Origin: Mobula hypostoma
Lineage: Eukaryota
Length of the DNA stretch: 64,000 bases
Direction: 5' to 3'
Assembly (NCBI RefSeq): GCF_963921235.1
Contig: NC_086107.1
Span: 97,094,001 to 97,158,000, forward strand
Shown here: positions 35,955 through 47,964 of the stretch, in pieces
Layout of the letters: the number at the start of each line of letters is the position of its first letter
Numbering within the stretch: the stretch's first letter is position 1
Translations under genes and position numbers: made by a program
The notes under the pieces: generated by a model
Databases searched by the model: none
What the model was told of the DNA's origin: nothing
What the model saw: only the letters and a program-made list of their open reading frames with translations

Positions 35955-36265
35955 TACTGTCCATTACGCCTGCTGGCGTTTAGGGCAGCAATGAAGGTCC
36001 TCCACCTGTCTGTCCTTGGCCACTCAGATGTAGGAGGATTCTTCATTGCTGTATCTATAACAGTTTTGATTTACCAGTAGGCCTGAGCTGAAGCCCTGAA
36101 CTTGGACGTCCAGTGGACCACTCTTCGTCTGGCTCTTACCCTTTGACCTGTTTGGCATGGGTGACCCTACCAAGAGTCCTGACTCCAGCCAGCATCACTC
36201 TCCAGGTCACTGAGGGAGGCATGCACGCCTCCAAACCTCAATAAGGTTGTGGTCCTCTCGGAGGG
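35955..36265 (-). mobile_element. RTE-derived non-autonomous element (Bov-A-like)
   Basis: Minus strand GGACCACAACCTT...GGGTCACCCATGCCAAACAGGTCA...GTGGTCCACTGG resembles RTE/BovB 5' UTR motifs; paralog at 55865-56162. Confidence 0.65.
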
Positions 36266-36561
36266 TTCCTACCCTAACCCATTTTGTTTTCCCAGTCACG
36301 TTAATTGTCCTTGGATTCTACCATTGATCTACACATTGGCCATTAATTCACAATGGCCAATTACCAGTTTTGTGAGGAACCAGAGCAGCTGGAGGAATGG
36401 CATGTGGGTGCAGCGAGAACGGGCATGTACCAGAGAGTCAGTGCAGGATAGACCCCAGGTCACTGACACAGTGAGCTGCACCTTTACCAGCTGCACTGCT
36501 ATGCTGCTCAGTGTTGTTAGATTTCCTGCCTTTCTCATCAGCATATTTCACACAGATCATA

Positions 36562-37072
36562 ACCACAAGAGATTCTGCAGATGCTGTAAATCCAAAGCAA
36601 CACACACAAAATGCTGGAGGAACTCAGCAAGTCAGGCAGCATCTATGGAAAAGAGTAAACAGTCGACATTTTTGGCCAAGACCCTTCAGCAGAACTGGGG
36701 AAAATGATGAGAAGTCAGAGCAGGAAGGTGGGGGGGGGGTTGGGGGGAGAGGAGGAAGAAGTACAAGGTGGTGAAGCTGGGGGGGGGAGTGGTGGTGAAG
36801 TAAAGAACTGGGAAGTTGGTAAAAGAGATAAAGGGCTGGAGAAGGGGGAATCTGACAGGAGAAGGTAGAAGGCCATGGAAGAAGGGGAAGGGGAAGCAGC
36901 CAGGTAGGTAAGGAGATGAGAGAGGGAGGTGGGAATGGGGGAATGGTGAAGGGTGGAGGCAATTATCAGAAGTTCGAGAAATCGATGTTTCAACCCGAAA
37001 CATCAGCTGTTTACTCTTTTCCACAGATGCTGCCTGGCCTGCTGAGTTCCACCAGCGTTTTGTGTACATTGC
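36562..37072. mobile_element. Inverted PLE pseudo-LTR pair (long minus arm, short plus arm)
   Basis: 36605-36680 is inverted by 36992-37065 (GCAGCATCTATGGAAAAGAGTAAACAG / CTGTTTACTCTTTTCCACAGATGCTGC). Confidence 0.75.
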
Positions 37073-38245
37073 GTTAACTTTGTGAAACGCAGGGATAAGG
37101 AGTTGCACATTACAGCCACTTTCTGAATAAAGAGGTTTCTCCCCAGGTCCATATTAGATTCATTAGTGACAGACTTCTATCAATGAACTCCACATTTGCT
37201 CTTCTCCTTGAATAGAAGTGTTCTTGATAAAATCGGTATAAAATAATGCAGAAGAGGAAAATATGAAATTAAAACAGATGATACTGGAAATGCCCGGTAG
37301 GGCAGGCATTATCTGAAGAGGGAAATATCAGTTATTGAGTTGGATCAATAATCTGATTTTATGTTGGCCCAACACCTCTACTTGCCTTGAGCAGAATGCC
37401 TGGTGGCTTACTTCTCAGAAATTCCCTTTGCTCTTCTTACAGTCATTCCCAATGGAGCGGATGGGGATGTGGGCAGACCAAAGGAGAAATGGAGCACACC
37501 GTACTCCCACAGGAGAATGTTAATACAATGGCAAAAGCAGAGCTAATTATATTTCTCTATCTATTGTACCAGTAAAGAAATGAGACCTGAACTAAATCAA
37601 CACAACTGATGCTGCCGAGACTATAAGGGGATCAATTTAAGTAGCTGGACAGATCATTGGTTCCAGGGAGAATGTTGGTCTCATTATGATCTGTAATGTA
37701 CTGGAGGATCTGTGGTTCTGAATGAAATGTTCTGAACATTAGGCTTCATTTTCTTTCTCATAAAGCAGGATTTTCATTTCTCGGGCAATAAACTAGTGTC
37801 TGCTAAATGTCAGCATAAGGATTTGGAATTATTCAAAGACCATTTGTTTCAGGTTTACACGTACAGAACAAGTCTGATTTTTAGCTATAACCTCAATCTA
37901 CACAATGATTATGTTGCAAGCTGTGTTAAGATTTGCACTTGAAGTCTCTTCCTTCACTGGGATCAACGCTACATCGAATGTTTAGTGAGGATTGCACATA
38001 ACCCTTGAGATTACTCTGGCACCAGACCCCAATTCTTTCTCTGCTCCATCAATGTTGCCTCCAGAACTGGGGCACAGCCTGTCAATTTCATCAGCTTCAC
38101 TACCATCACCTTCCCCTCCTTCAAATTCCAACATTTATGGAACATTTCCAACATCCTCTCTCTCCTTTCTTGATCTTCCTGCCTCCATTTCAGGAGACAA
38201 ACCATCCGGCGACATTTGCTATAAACCCACTGATTCCCACAGCTA

Positions 38246-38760
38246 CAGTACTGTACAAAACTCTTAGGGACATATATGTAGCTAGGGTGCCAAGACTTTT
38301 GCACAGTACTATGTTAGTCAACATGGAGCGGAGAGCAAGTTTGTCAATTTGACGGAAGCAAGAGATGTTGGAAATGGTGAGGGTGGAGTGCTGGGAGGGG
38401 TGTAGGGCAGGTGGTAGGGAGTTGGCACAGGCGCAGACACACCCAGCCCTGAGACACCAGGCAAGGTCATTTGATTCCAAATAATTGGTTTAGTGATCAT
38501 TACAGAACGTCTCTCTGGTGGTCCTCACTCCCTCCCCTTTCCCTTCCCCTTTTCTCAACCATGATTCCCCCCTCCCTTCCCTTCTTCCCACTTTCTGTCC
38601 ACAACAGAGACTCATATTAGAACCAGGTAATTCATCACTCACATATGTCATGAAATTTGTTTTTTTGTGTGGCAGCAGTACAGTGCAATACAAAAAATTA
38701 CTGCAAAAGTCTTAGGCACCTTGGCTATATATATGTGCCCAAGACGGTTGCACAGCACTG
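38246..38760. mobile_element. Tc1/mariner-type MITE, 515 bp, TA TSD
   Basis: TA|CAGTACTGTACAAAACTCTTAGGGAC ... GTGCCCAAGACGGTTGCACAGCACTG|TA; the host PLE reads CACAGCTACTTGGACTAT (HSYLDY) when it is removed. Confidence 0.85.
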
Positions 38761-38914
38761 TACTTGGACTATACCTCCAGTCTCTCTGTACTTGTGAGGA
38801 CCCCAATCACTTCTCTAATTTTCCATCTCTTCTTCATCAGTTCTCAAGATGAAAACCTCATCTCCAGAACCTCCAGGATGACCTCTCTTTTCGGAAAATT
38901 TGGTCTCATCCCCC

Positions 38915-39147
38915 AGTGGTCAACTTCCTGACCTGGATCTGGGCCGTACCCTCCAAACCTCCAGACTTGCCTCTCGGTTTTCTTTGCACTACCTTACTTT
39001 CCATTTTCTATTTTCTATTTATGATTTATAATTTAAATTCTTAACATTTACTATCGACGTACTCCAGGGAGCAGGAAGCGCAGAATCAAATATTGCTGTG
39101 ATGATTGTACGTTCTAGTATCAATTGTTTGGCGACAATAAAGTAAAA
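38915..39147 (+). mobile_element. LINE 3' UTR fragment nested in the PLE
   Basis: T-rich block ending GACAATAAAGTAAA, absent from the reference PLE copy. Confidence 0.45.
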
Positions 39148-40015
39148 TTTCTCTTCTCTTCTCTTCTCAATGGAAGAGCATTCCCTCTCACCTCCTTTAT
39201 TTCCTGCACTTCTGCTCTTACCTCACCCCCACCCCCACAGACAGAACATGGCTAGAGTCTCCTTATCCCTAACTTTCCACCCACCCAGTTGATGGATCCA
39301 GCACAACATTCTTCAACATTTCTGCCAGCTAAAGTGTGATCTCACCACCAGCTGCATCTTCCTCTACCTACCATTCCTCTCTGGTTTCAGTAGAGACCTC
39401 TCTCTCAGTACCTCCTTGTTTACTCATCCTTCCCTGACAACTGACCACCAGGCACTCTCCCCTGCAACCACAGGAGGTGTAACACCACCGCCCTCCACAC
39501 CATCCAGCTCCCCACAGCTCTCCCAGGTGAGGCAGACATTCACCTGCATCTCCTCCAGCCTGGTTTATTGCATTAGCATGAGATCAAGCGCAAACTTGGT
39601 GATCACTTTGCCGAACACCGGCGCTCAACTACCAATCATTTTCCTTCCACTTCCCATTCCCACACCAACCTCTCTGTTCTCGGCCTCCTCCACTGCCAGG
39701 GTGAGGCTAAACACAAACTAGAGGGACAGCAATTTACATCCTGGCTGGTTTGTCTACAAGCTGAAGGCATCACAGAATTCTTCAATTTCAGGTAGGGTGT
39801 TCCCTGTCTGTCCCTTTTCTATCTTCTTCTAACCAGCCCCGATCACTGTCTCACCCTCCTACTCCATTTTCCAATTCCTCATGCACCCCTCCCACCATTC
39901 CCCTTTCCCCTACTCGCATCTGCCCTTTCCATTTATTCCACGCTCCATCCTCCTCTCCTATCCAATTTCACCATGCCTAGCTCTTTGTCATTTTTCATCT
40001 CTCACAGCCATACTG

Positions 40016-40338
40016 TCTATCCCAACATGTGAAGACGGACTCCAGCGGACTGAGCGGTTGAGACCAATGGAAGATCCAACGGTCAAGAAGGCGGTCTCTG
40101 AAGCGTCGTGGAACGTGTGGAGCACAACAAGACACAGAAGACGTCCTGGTCATCCACTGCGCCTAGTCCCATCTCCAGCTGTCTAGACTCTGTCTTGCCA
40201 CTGGATCCGGATGGGAATTGGGAAGAGAGAGTGAGGCTGATGCTGCGCAACTCTCCCTCACTTAAATCCAAATCACGCGCTAGTCTCGATACCATCATCA
40301 TGGTGTCGAGGTCCTCATCGACGTCAACGATGGACGAG
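40016..40338 (+). mobile_element. RTE-related short insertion
   Basis: CpG-rich block inside a pyrimidine-rich pLTR, flanked by CATACTG repeats (possible TSD); shares motifs with 1075-2140. Confidence 0.55.
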
Positions 40339-40602
40339 CATACTGGTGCTATTACCACATTCCCTTCCCTTATACTAGATCCACCTACTGCCTGTCAGTT
40401 CCTGCCCCCCACCTTCTCTTCACCTTTTCATACTTGCTACCTCCCCTCTACCTTTCAGTTCCGATGAAATGTCCTGACCTAAAACATCGCCAGTCCATTT
40501 CCATCCATAGATGCTGCCTGATCTGTTGAGGACTGCTTAGAGGAGCTATGTAAGGTGAGAAGGAGTGGGTTGACTCAGGAGCTTGGCACAGGTCCTTCCA
40601 AA

Positions 40603-40604
<2 letters not shown>

Positions 40605-40634
<30 letters not shown>
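40605..40634. repeat. (AAT)n microsatellite
   Basis: About 10 AAT units next to an antisense LINE tail. Confidence 0.95.
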
Positions 40635-40635
<1 letters not shown>

Positions 40636-41090
40636 TGAAGAAGAAGTACTTTATTGATCCTGAGTGGGAAATTATTTCATTACGGTAGCAACATTTAAAA
40701 ACACACTTAGCAATAGTACTAAATAATAATAATAAATATAATAATATTAACTGATATAAAGTACAGAATAATAATATACACAATAATAATTTACCAATGC
40801 ACAATAATGTTCAATAATAATGTATGAAATAATAAAACAGAGACTATTGTACTATGATGTGTGCTCTCCTGTTGCACGGAGATGAACTATTGTATATGTT
40901 TATTGCATTTGGTAGGAAAGAGTTTCTGTAACGATGCCTATGAGAGGAACTGAATGAGTCTATTCAAAAGGGTGCTCCGCTGCTTATTCAGCAAGTTATG
41001 GAGAGGATGTGCCAGATTTTCCTTGATAGATAACAGTTTGTTTAGTGACCTCCTCTCCACCACCAACTCACATGAGTCCATTGATGTACA
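40635..41090 (-). mobile_element. Rex1/Babar-type 3' end
   Basis: TACTTTATTGATCC (antisense GGATCAATAAAGTA, as at 46830); antisense YRNSFLPNAI motif. Confidence 0.65.
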
Positions 41091-41096
41091 ACCTCT

Positions 41097-41437
41097 ACGT
41101 ATAGATTGATGGAGCAGATGTGGAAAGTGTGTTTCCTATGGTGGGGGAGTCTAAGACCTGAGGACACAGCCTCAGAGTAGTGGAGTGTCCTTTTAAATGG
41201 GGATGAGGAGGAATTTCTTTAGCCAGAGAGTGGGTGGTGAATCTATGGAATTCGTTGCCACAGGCGGCTGTGGAGGTCAAGTCATTGGGTATACTTAAGG
41301 CAGAGGTTGATAAAATCTTGATTAGTCAGGGCATGAAGGGATACGAGGAGAAGGCAGGGGATTGGGGCTGAGAGGGAAAATGGATCAACCATGAGTCAAA
41401 TGGCCTAATTCTGCTCTTATATCTTATGGCCTTATAT
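41097..41437 (+). mobile_element. CR1 3' end
   Basis: MRRNFFSQR..VNLWNSLP; tail TCTTATGGCCTTAT. Confidence 0.8.
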
Positions 41438-42240
41438 GAGCTTTTGAGGGACCTGTGGGATGGATTGGTTTCTTCTGCCATATGGGAACTTGGTTTGTGG
41501 CTGAATTTCTAACTTGCAAACTGTTCAACTTACAAAGAGTTGACAGGAACGGAACCCTACCATTATCCCTAGCACTATTACTTCTGCTGATTTACATCAA
41601 ATACTTTGGGGGTTGGATTGAAGATTTGTGAAATAGAGCATAAAACAGACAACAGTGGCAGTTTATTTTATATCTCTTCTTTGTTTTAATTTCCAGTGGC
41701 TTCCATCAGGAGAGTTGTATAAGGATCTGCATTTCTGGTCAAATTCCAATGTCAAATACTTTCTGATTTTCCCAGCTCTCTGGCCTACATATCAATCCAG
41801 CCTGAAAAAGCAGATGTTGTAAATAGGACAAGCTCCCTTATAGGTAGGGCTGAATAAAGGGCAGAGACAATGGATTTTGACCAGGCCCGTATGTCAAGGA
41901 TAAACAGACCTGGAGGCCAGTGGGCAATTGTCACTCCACTAGGACAGCAGACTGCTCCAATCAGAATGCTGCTTTCACATGACCTGTCCAATCCCCTTAT
42001 CCTTTCAAGCATGAAGGGAATATAGAGCAGTTAATGGTGGAGACCCACATTCAATGAAGTGCCATTGGTAGAAAAGGAATTCAGCAGCATCTGCAGTGAG
42101 ATATCATTCTTCAAAACAGAGCAAGTTAGAATCAGAATCAGGTTTAATATCACCGGCTTACGTTGTGAAATTTATTGATTTTGCGGCAGCAATACAATGC
42201 AATACATAATAATAGAGAAAAAACTGCGAATTACAGTAAG

Positions 42241-42272
42241 TGTATGTGTGTGTATATATATATATATACACA

Positions 42273-42335
<63 letters not shown>
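42241..42335. repeat. Compound (TG)n(TA)n(CA)n(TA)n microsatellite
   Basis: Read directly from the sequence. Confidence 0.95.
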
Positions 42336-43009
42336 TAGATTATGAGGACACGCAGTCCTCTTTTATTGTCATTTAGTATGCATGCATTAAGAAATGATAC
42401 AATGTTTCTCCAGAATGATATCACAGAAACACAAGACAACCGACTGAAAAACTGACAAAAACCACATAATTATAACATATAGTTGCAACAGTGCAAAGCA
42501 ATACCGTAACTTGATGAAGAACAGACCATGGGCACGGTAATAAAAAGTCTCAAAGTCTCTCAAAAGTCCCATCATCTCACGCAGACAGTAGAAGGAAGAA
42601 AAAAAGCTCTTCCTGCCATGAGCTTCCAGCGCTGCAAACTTGCCGATGCAGCACCCTTGAAGCACCCGACCACAGCCGACTCTTGAGTCCGTCCGAAAAC
42701 TTCGAGCCTCTGACCAGCCCTCCGACACTGAGCACTGAGCACCATCTCTGCCGAGCGCTTCGACCCTGGCCCCAGCAACAGGCAATAGGCAAAGCTGAGG
42801 ATTTGGGGCCTTCCCCTCCAGAGATTCTCAATCGCACAGTAGCAGCGGCAGCGAAGCGGGCATTTCAGAAGTTTCTCCAGGTGTTCCTCCGTGCTTCTCA
42901 CAGCTATCTCCATCAAATCAGGATTGTGCTCGGCCCCTAGTTAACACATACGATATCATTTCGGAGCGGCCGCGCGCGCTGCGTCGTGCCGCCATCTTCT
43001 CCTCCCTCT
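42335..43009 (-). mobile_element. Family A element, full length, second subfamily (~675 bp)
   Basis: Minus-strand 5' end GAGGGAGGAGAAGATGGCGGC...GCGCGCGCGGCCGC; 3' end GAGGACTGCGTGTCCTCATAATCTAA. Confidence 0.9.
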
Positions 43010-44836
43010 TTATATATAAAATAGTTAACTTTAAAAAGTAATTCAAAAATAGAAATAAAAATGTAGTGAAGGAGTGTTCATGGGTTCAATGTCCATTCAG
43101 AAATCCAATGGTAGAGGCGAAGAAGTTGTTCCTGAATTGTTGAGTGTGTGCTTTCGGGCTCCTGTATCTCCTTCCTGCTGGTATCAATGAGAAGAGGGCA
43201 TGTCTTGGGTGATGGGGGTCCTTAATGATGGATGCTGCCTTTGTGAGGCATTCATTGCCTTTTGAAGATATCCTGGATACTACGGAGGTTAGTGCCCATG
43301 ATGGAGCTACAGTAAACTGGCTGCAGCTTACTGTACTTCGATCCTATTCCATAGCGGCCCCCCCCCACCCATACCACCATACCAGATGGTGATGCAGCCA
43401 GTTAGAATGCTCGCCACCAATAACATAATATAAGGAAGCTAATCTTTGGTGTTCAAAATGCAAATGAGTTGTATAGCAGCCAAAATTCTGATAATGAATG
43501 CGCACTTAGGATTGTATAGCAAAAAACAATTTAAGCTGAACCAAAACTGTGCATTTGTCCTAAAACCTTTCACTGACCTTCTTGTTCACCGACATCAACA
43601 TCTGATTTTCGAGACACAGATATATATTAATTTGCAGCCTAATTTTTCAAACTTCTCCTTCTTCCTGTGTTTGTAACCTCCTTTAGCCCCGCAGATTGCT
43701 GCTCTCTTCCTATTCTGGCCTCTATCACATCCCCAAATTTTAGACCTAAACATAAAAACTACAGGTGCCAGAAATCTGAAATAAAATAATCCTCAAGGTC
43801 ATTAACGTCAAGCCTGGAGCTGGGGAGGATTTATGAGTGTGAACTAATTCTCAAAGATTCTCGGGATTCTTAAAGATTGGTTAACACTCCAGCTCGTCTG
43901 TTAGACATTTGCCAGTTTTAACAATATCTAGCATGTCTTTGTTAAAATAACTATCACATATCACAAAGAGCCCAGCTGAAAGGATTGAACACTATTACTC
44001 TAAGAATAGAAACAGTGCCATGGCAATCAAAAGATTAGACCTAAACATTACAGAAAAAAAATTTAGCCTTTGTTTAATGGATGGTAATCAAAACCAAATT
44101 TATGTATATTTTGCTCTGAACAGTTTTAAACCAACACTGGGGGAAATGTTGACCTAGTTTTTGTCTCAACGGTGAATCTAATCCTGTTGCCAATAGCTTT
44201 TGATGTCCTTTCGCATTTATGTCTTTAATGTTTTTGGGTAGCTGGATGCTGAGCATATGAGCAATAGATGATATGTCAACACCAGGCATTCACAATCTGA
44301 ATGTCAAGGCAAACAACAGGTATTTCCTGAGCCCATCAGAATGAAAAGTAAACAACCACAAGGAATGGAAGAAAAATGTCAACTGGTAGGGGAAATTCAA
44401 TAGGAAATGGTCCACAGAAAGAGAAATAAAGTGAAGCAAGAAAAAAGGAAGGAAAATTAAATAACTTTAAAGTATTATATTTAAAAAATCAACAGCAACA
44501 ATTAAAGTTTGAAATAGAATGTACACTTGTATTAATCAATATTCAGTGAAAATGAATACTTATCTCATTTTTAAAAAGCTGATTAAGACTTGACAAATCA
44601 AGACAACTTTCCATGGTGAGTTTAGCTTGAGCATTACTCTCAGGACTAATACACCAACCTCTCCCTTGTCAGTGCATGAGTATAGTGAGGGAAAACAGCA
44701 GGGACTTTGTTTAAGTGTATGTATGTAAGAATAAAAGCTTATTAAACAACATTAATGAACTTCGGGCGCAATAAGGCAGACTTGGCAGCAAAAGGGCAGG
44801 GATGGTTTCTAAATCCAAGGCGTCCAAGGCGTCCAA

Positions 44837-45460
44837 GGCGGGAGGAGAGGGAGCAGCGCGCCGCACGTGCGCACCCCTCCGGTGAAAAATAATATCGTAT
44901 CCGTTATATAGGGGCCGTGGACAATTCTGATTTGATGGAGATAGACGTGAAAGCACAGAGGAACATCTGAAGAAATTTCTGAAACGCCAGTTCGCTGCTG
45001 TTGTTACTGCGCGGTCAGGAATCTTCTGAAAGGAAGGCCTCAAAATCCCCGGCTTTGCCTGCTGTTGACGACTGAGATTGAGGTCGAATCATTCAGACAG
45101 AGATGGCGCTCAGTACTCGGTGTCGGAGAGCTGATCAGAGGCTCAAAGTTTTTGGATGTCTCAGATTCGGACTGTGGTCGGGCATGGCAGGAGGAGGTTT
45201 TCTTCCTTCTCCCAGCTGCGTGAGATGTGGGACATTTGAGAGACTTTGAACTTTTTACTGTGCTCATGGACTTCTTCATCAAGTTATGGTATTGTTGCAC
45301 TGTTGTAACTATATGTTATAATTATGTGGTTTTGTTAGTTTTTTCAGTCTTGATCTGTCCTGTGTTTTGTGATATCACACCGGAGGAAATATTGTATTAT
45401 TTCTTAATGCATGCATTCCTAAATGACAACAAAAGAGGACTGCGTGTCTTCATAATCTAA
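44837..45460 (+). mobile_element. Family A element, full length, inserted in a decayed CR1 endonuclease fragment (~44711-45640)
   Basis: Colinear with 12496-13122; TCTAAAT occurs on both sides (44808-44814, 45456-45462). Confidence 0.9.
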
Positions 45461-46094
45461 ATATTACTGGATACAGGGTGTTCATTAAAGATAGGGAAAA
45501 GGAAGAGGGTGAGCAGTATTATTGATTAACAAGAAGATTTCAGTGGAGAGAGACAGTATTGTGGATCAATCATGGATAGAACAAATTTCTTTTGCATTAA
45601 GAACTATAGGGATGTCATTTCACTAATGGAACTATTCTGCTATTCAAGTTCAAGTTTAATTCTCATTCAGTCATACACATGAATACAGCCAAATGAAACA
45701 GAATTCCTCTGGGGCTAAGGTGCAAAACACAGTACCAACAGTCACACAGAGCACAAGGTACAGATGGCACATATATTTACAATAGCAGTAAAACACAGTG
45801 ACAAAAAAAGTGAATCAGATAGCCCAAGTCCCTGAATATCATGACCTGAAGATTGGTGGTGAATGGTGCGAAAATATATCTGTTATCTTGTAGTGTTTAT
45901 GAATTTATCACTTTTGTAAAATGTAATATGACAAAATGGAACCTGTATGATCCCAAGGTGCTTTGCTGGTTTGGATGGAGGCTTACAAGAAGAGTGTGTG
46001 TGTGTTTATGAGAGAGAATGTTTTTACAACAGAGAGAAACAGGACAGAGCTGTCATGGGGGTGGGGGGCGGGGGGAAGAGAAGCCTCAAGACAA

Positions 46095-46867
46095 GCCTGC
46101 AGCTTAATGTGAAAAAGACTAAGGAGCTGGTGGTAGACCTGAGGAGAGCTAAGGTACTGGTGACCCCTGTTTCCATCCAGGGGGTCAGTGTGGACATGGT
46201 GGAGGATTACAAATACCTGGGGATACGAATTAACAATAAACTGGACTGGTCAAAGGACACTGAGGCTGTCTACAAAAAAGGTCAGAGCCGTCTCTATTTT
46301 CTGAGGAGACTGAGGTCCTTTAACATCTGTCGGACGATGCTGAGGATGTTCTACGAGTCTGTGGTGGCCAGTGCTATCACGTTTGCTGTTGTGTGCTGGG
46401 GCAGCAGGCTGAGGGTAGCAGACACCAACAGAATCAACAAACTCATTCGTAAGGCCAGTGATGTTGTGGGGATGGAACTGGACTCTCTCACGGTGGTGTC
46501 TGAAAAGAGGGTGCTGTCTAAGTTGCATGTCATCTTGGTCAATGTCTCCCATCCACTGCATGATGTATTGGGTGGGCACAGGAGTACATTCAGCCAGAGA
46601 CTCATTCCACCGAGATGCAGCACAGAGCGTCATAGGAAGTCATTCCTGCCTGTGGCCATCAAACTTTACAACTCCTCCCTTGGAGGGTCAGACACCCTGA
46701 GCCAATAGGCCGGTCCTGGACTTATTTCATAATTTATTGGCATAATTTACATATTACTATTTAACTATTTATAGTTCTATTACTATTTATTATTTATGGT
46801 GCAACTGTAACGAAAACCAATTTCCCCCGGGATCAATAAAGTATGACTATAACTATGACTATGACTA
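46095..46867 (+). mobile_element. Young 5'-truncated Rex1/Babar LINE
   Basis: Open frame LNVKKTKELVVDLRR..YKYLGIRINNKLDWS..RLYFLRRLRSF..RHRKSFLPVAIKLYN to 46708; AATAAA and (ATGACT)n tail; possible TSD AAGACAA. Confidence 0.92.
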
Positions 46868-47269
46868 AAAGACAAAAAGACTGACTAAAGAACAGAGCCA
46901 TTAATCCAGATAAGGAAGGAATGCCATTATGGGATGGAATGATCTCAAAGACATGAAGTTGATCAATTACTGGTCTCTGTAAAAGTATAAAAATGCTTTT
47001 TCTGAGCTGTAGGATTGAAGCTACCTACCAACGTAGTGTATGGAGGTGGACCTTCCCTCGCAAATAATAAATATGCTTATAATTTGATCCACTCTGAATT
47101 TGTTGTAGTTTGTTACTGTATATTAGAAGACCTAGCTGAAAGGTACACAACAATGGGATGTTGCCCTGACGCCACGTTTCTGCAAAAACAAGAATGCAAC
47201 AGTTCTTCTTCACGCCCTAGTGCAGCCATAGATGAATGCATTCTAGCTTGATTCCAGTGACGCTTTCAG

Positions 47270-47625
47270 CAGTCCTTAACTATCTGTTGCAGGGTCTTGC
47301 AATCTGATGCATTGTAATTTCCATGCCAGATGGTGATGCAGCTGGCTGGGACTGCTTGACGGTGCTCTGGTAGAAAGTGGTGAGAATGGTGGGGTGGTGG
47401 AGGATTCTCATTTACCTCAATCTCCTCAGGAAGTGGATATTTGGCTAGAGAGGCAGCATGAGCGACTAAGTGAGATCATCAGTAATGTGCATGCTGAAAA
47501 ATCTGGTGCTCTTGACCCTCTCTACAGAGAAGCCATTGATGTGCAGTAGAGAGTGGCCAGCCTGCACCTTCCTGAAATCCACAATCATCTCTTTAACCTT
47601 TAATATTGAGAGTCAAGTTGTTGCC
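47270..47625 (-). mobile_element. Decayed Rex1/Babar fragment
   Basis: Antisense EMIVDFRK and FYQSTVK motifs. Confidence 0.6.
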
Positions 47626-47964
47626 CCAGTGAGTAGTCAGGAAGTGCCGGAACCCATGCCCTGGGGAAATGGTCAAAGTGCACTGAAAATGAGTAAGCTG
47701 TCAGAAACCACAGGAATCAGTGGATGAACAGTCCAGAAACTGGGACCCAAGTGGGCAAAATTGCAAATAGCACTCAGTAAGCTGGACCCCAAACTATCAG
47801 AATGGTCAGATAGTGGATTATTTGAGGTTTACTTTAGTGTGGATAATATTTGGTAAATCCGCAGAAAATTGTAGAAATCTATGCAAGAGCCATAGACTAT
47901 GAAAATGGGAGAATTCCACTACCCAAATACAGAGGTAGTAATTAGGGGACAAGAGAATTGCACT

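Larger units (their letters stand above)
38130..40530 (+). mobile_element. Old PLE (RT thumb to pLTR) with nested insertions
   Basis: LSFLDLPASISGD..DICYKPTDSHSY|LDY and QVRQTFTCISSSLVYCI are homologous to 49096-51003. Confidence 0.8.
42128..43420 (-). mobile_element. Rex1/Babar-type 3' fragment with nested microsatellite and family A copy
   Basis: (AGAATC)2AGGTTTAAT tail; antisense IIKDPHHPRHALFS and FRNNFF motifs as in 26080-26700. Confidence 0.8.

Noticed and set aside
42387..42940. Recurring short ORFs in family A copies as an encoded peptide
   Set aside because: ORF starts, frames and strands differ among copies; shared translations only reflect DNA similarity.
45947..46708. 253-aa ORF as a host gene
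   Set aside because: The N-terminal ~50 codons are low-complexity flank; the remainder is Rex1/Babar ORF2.
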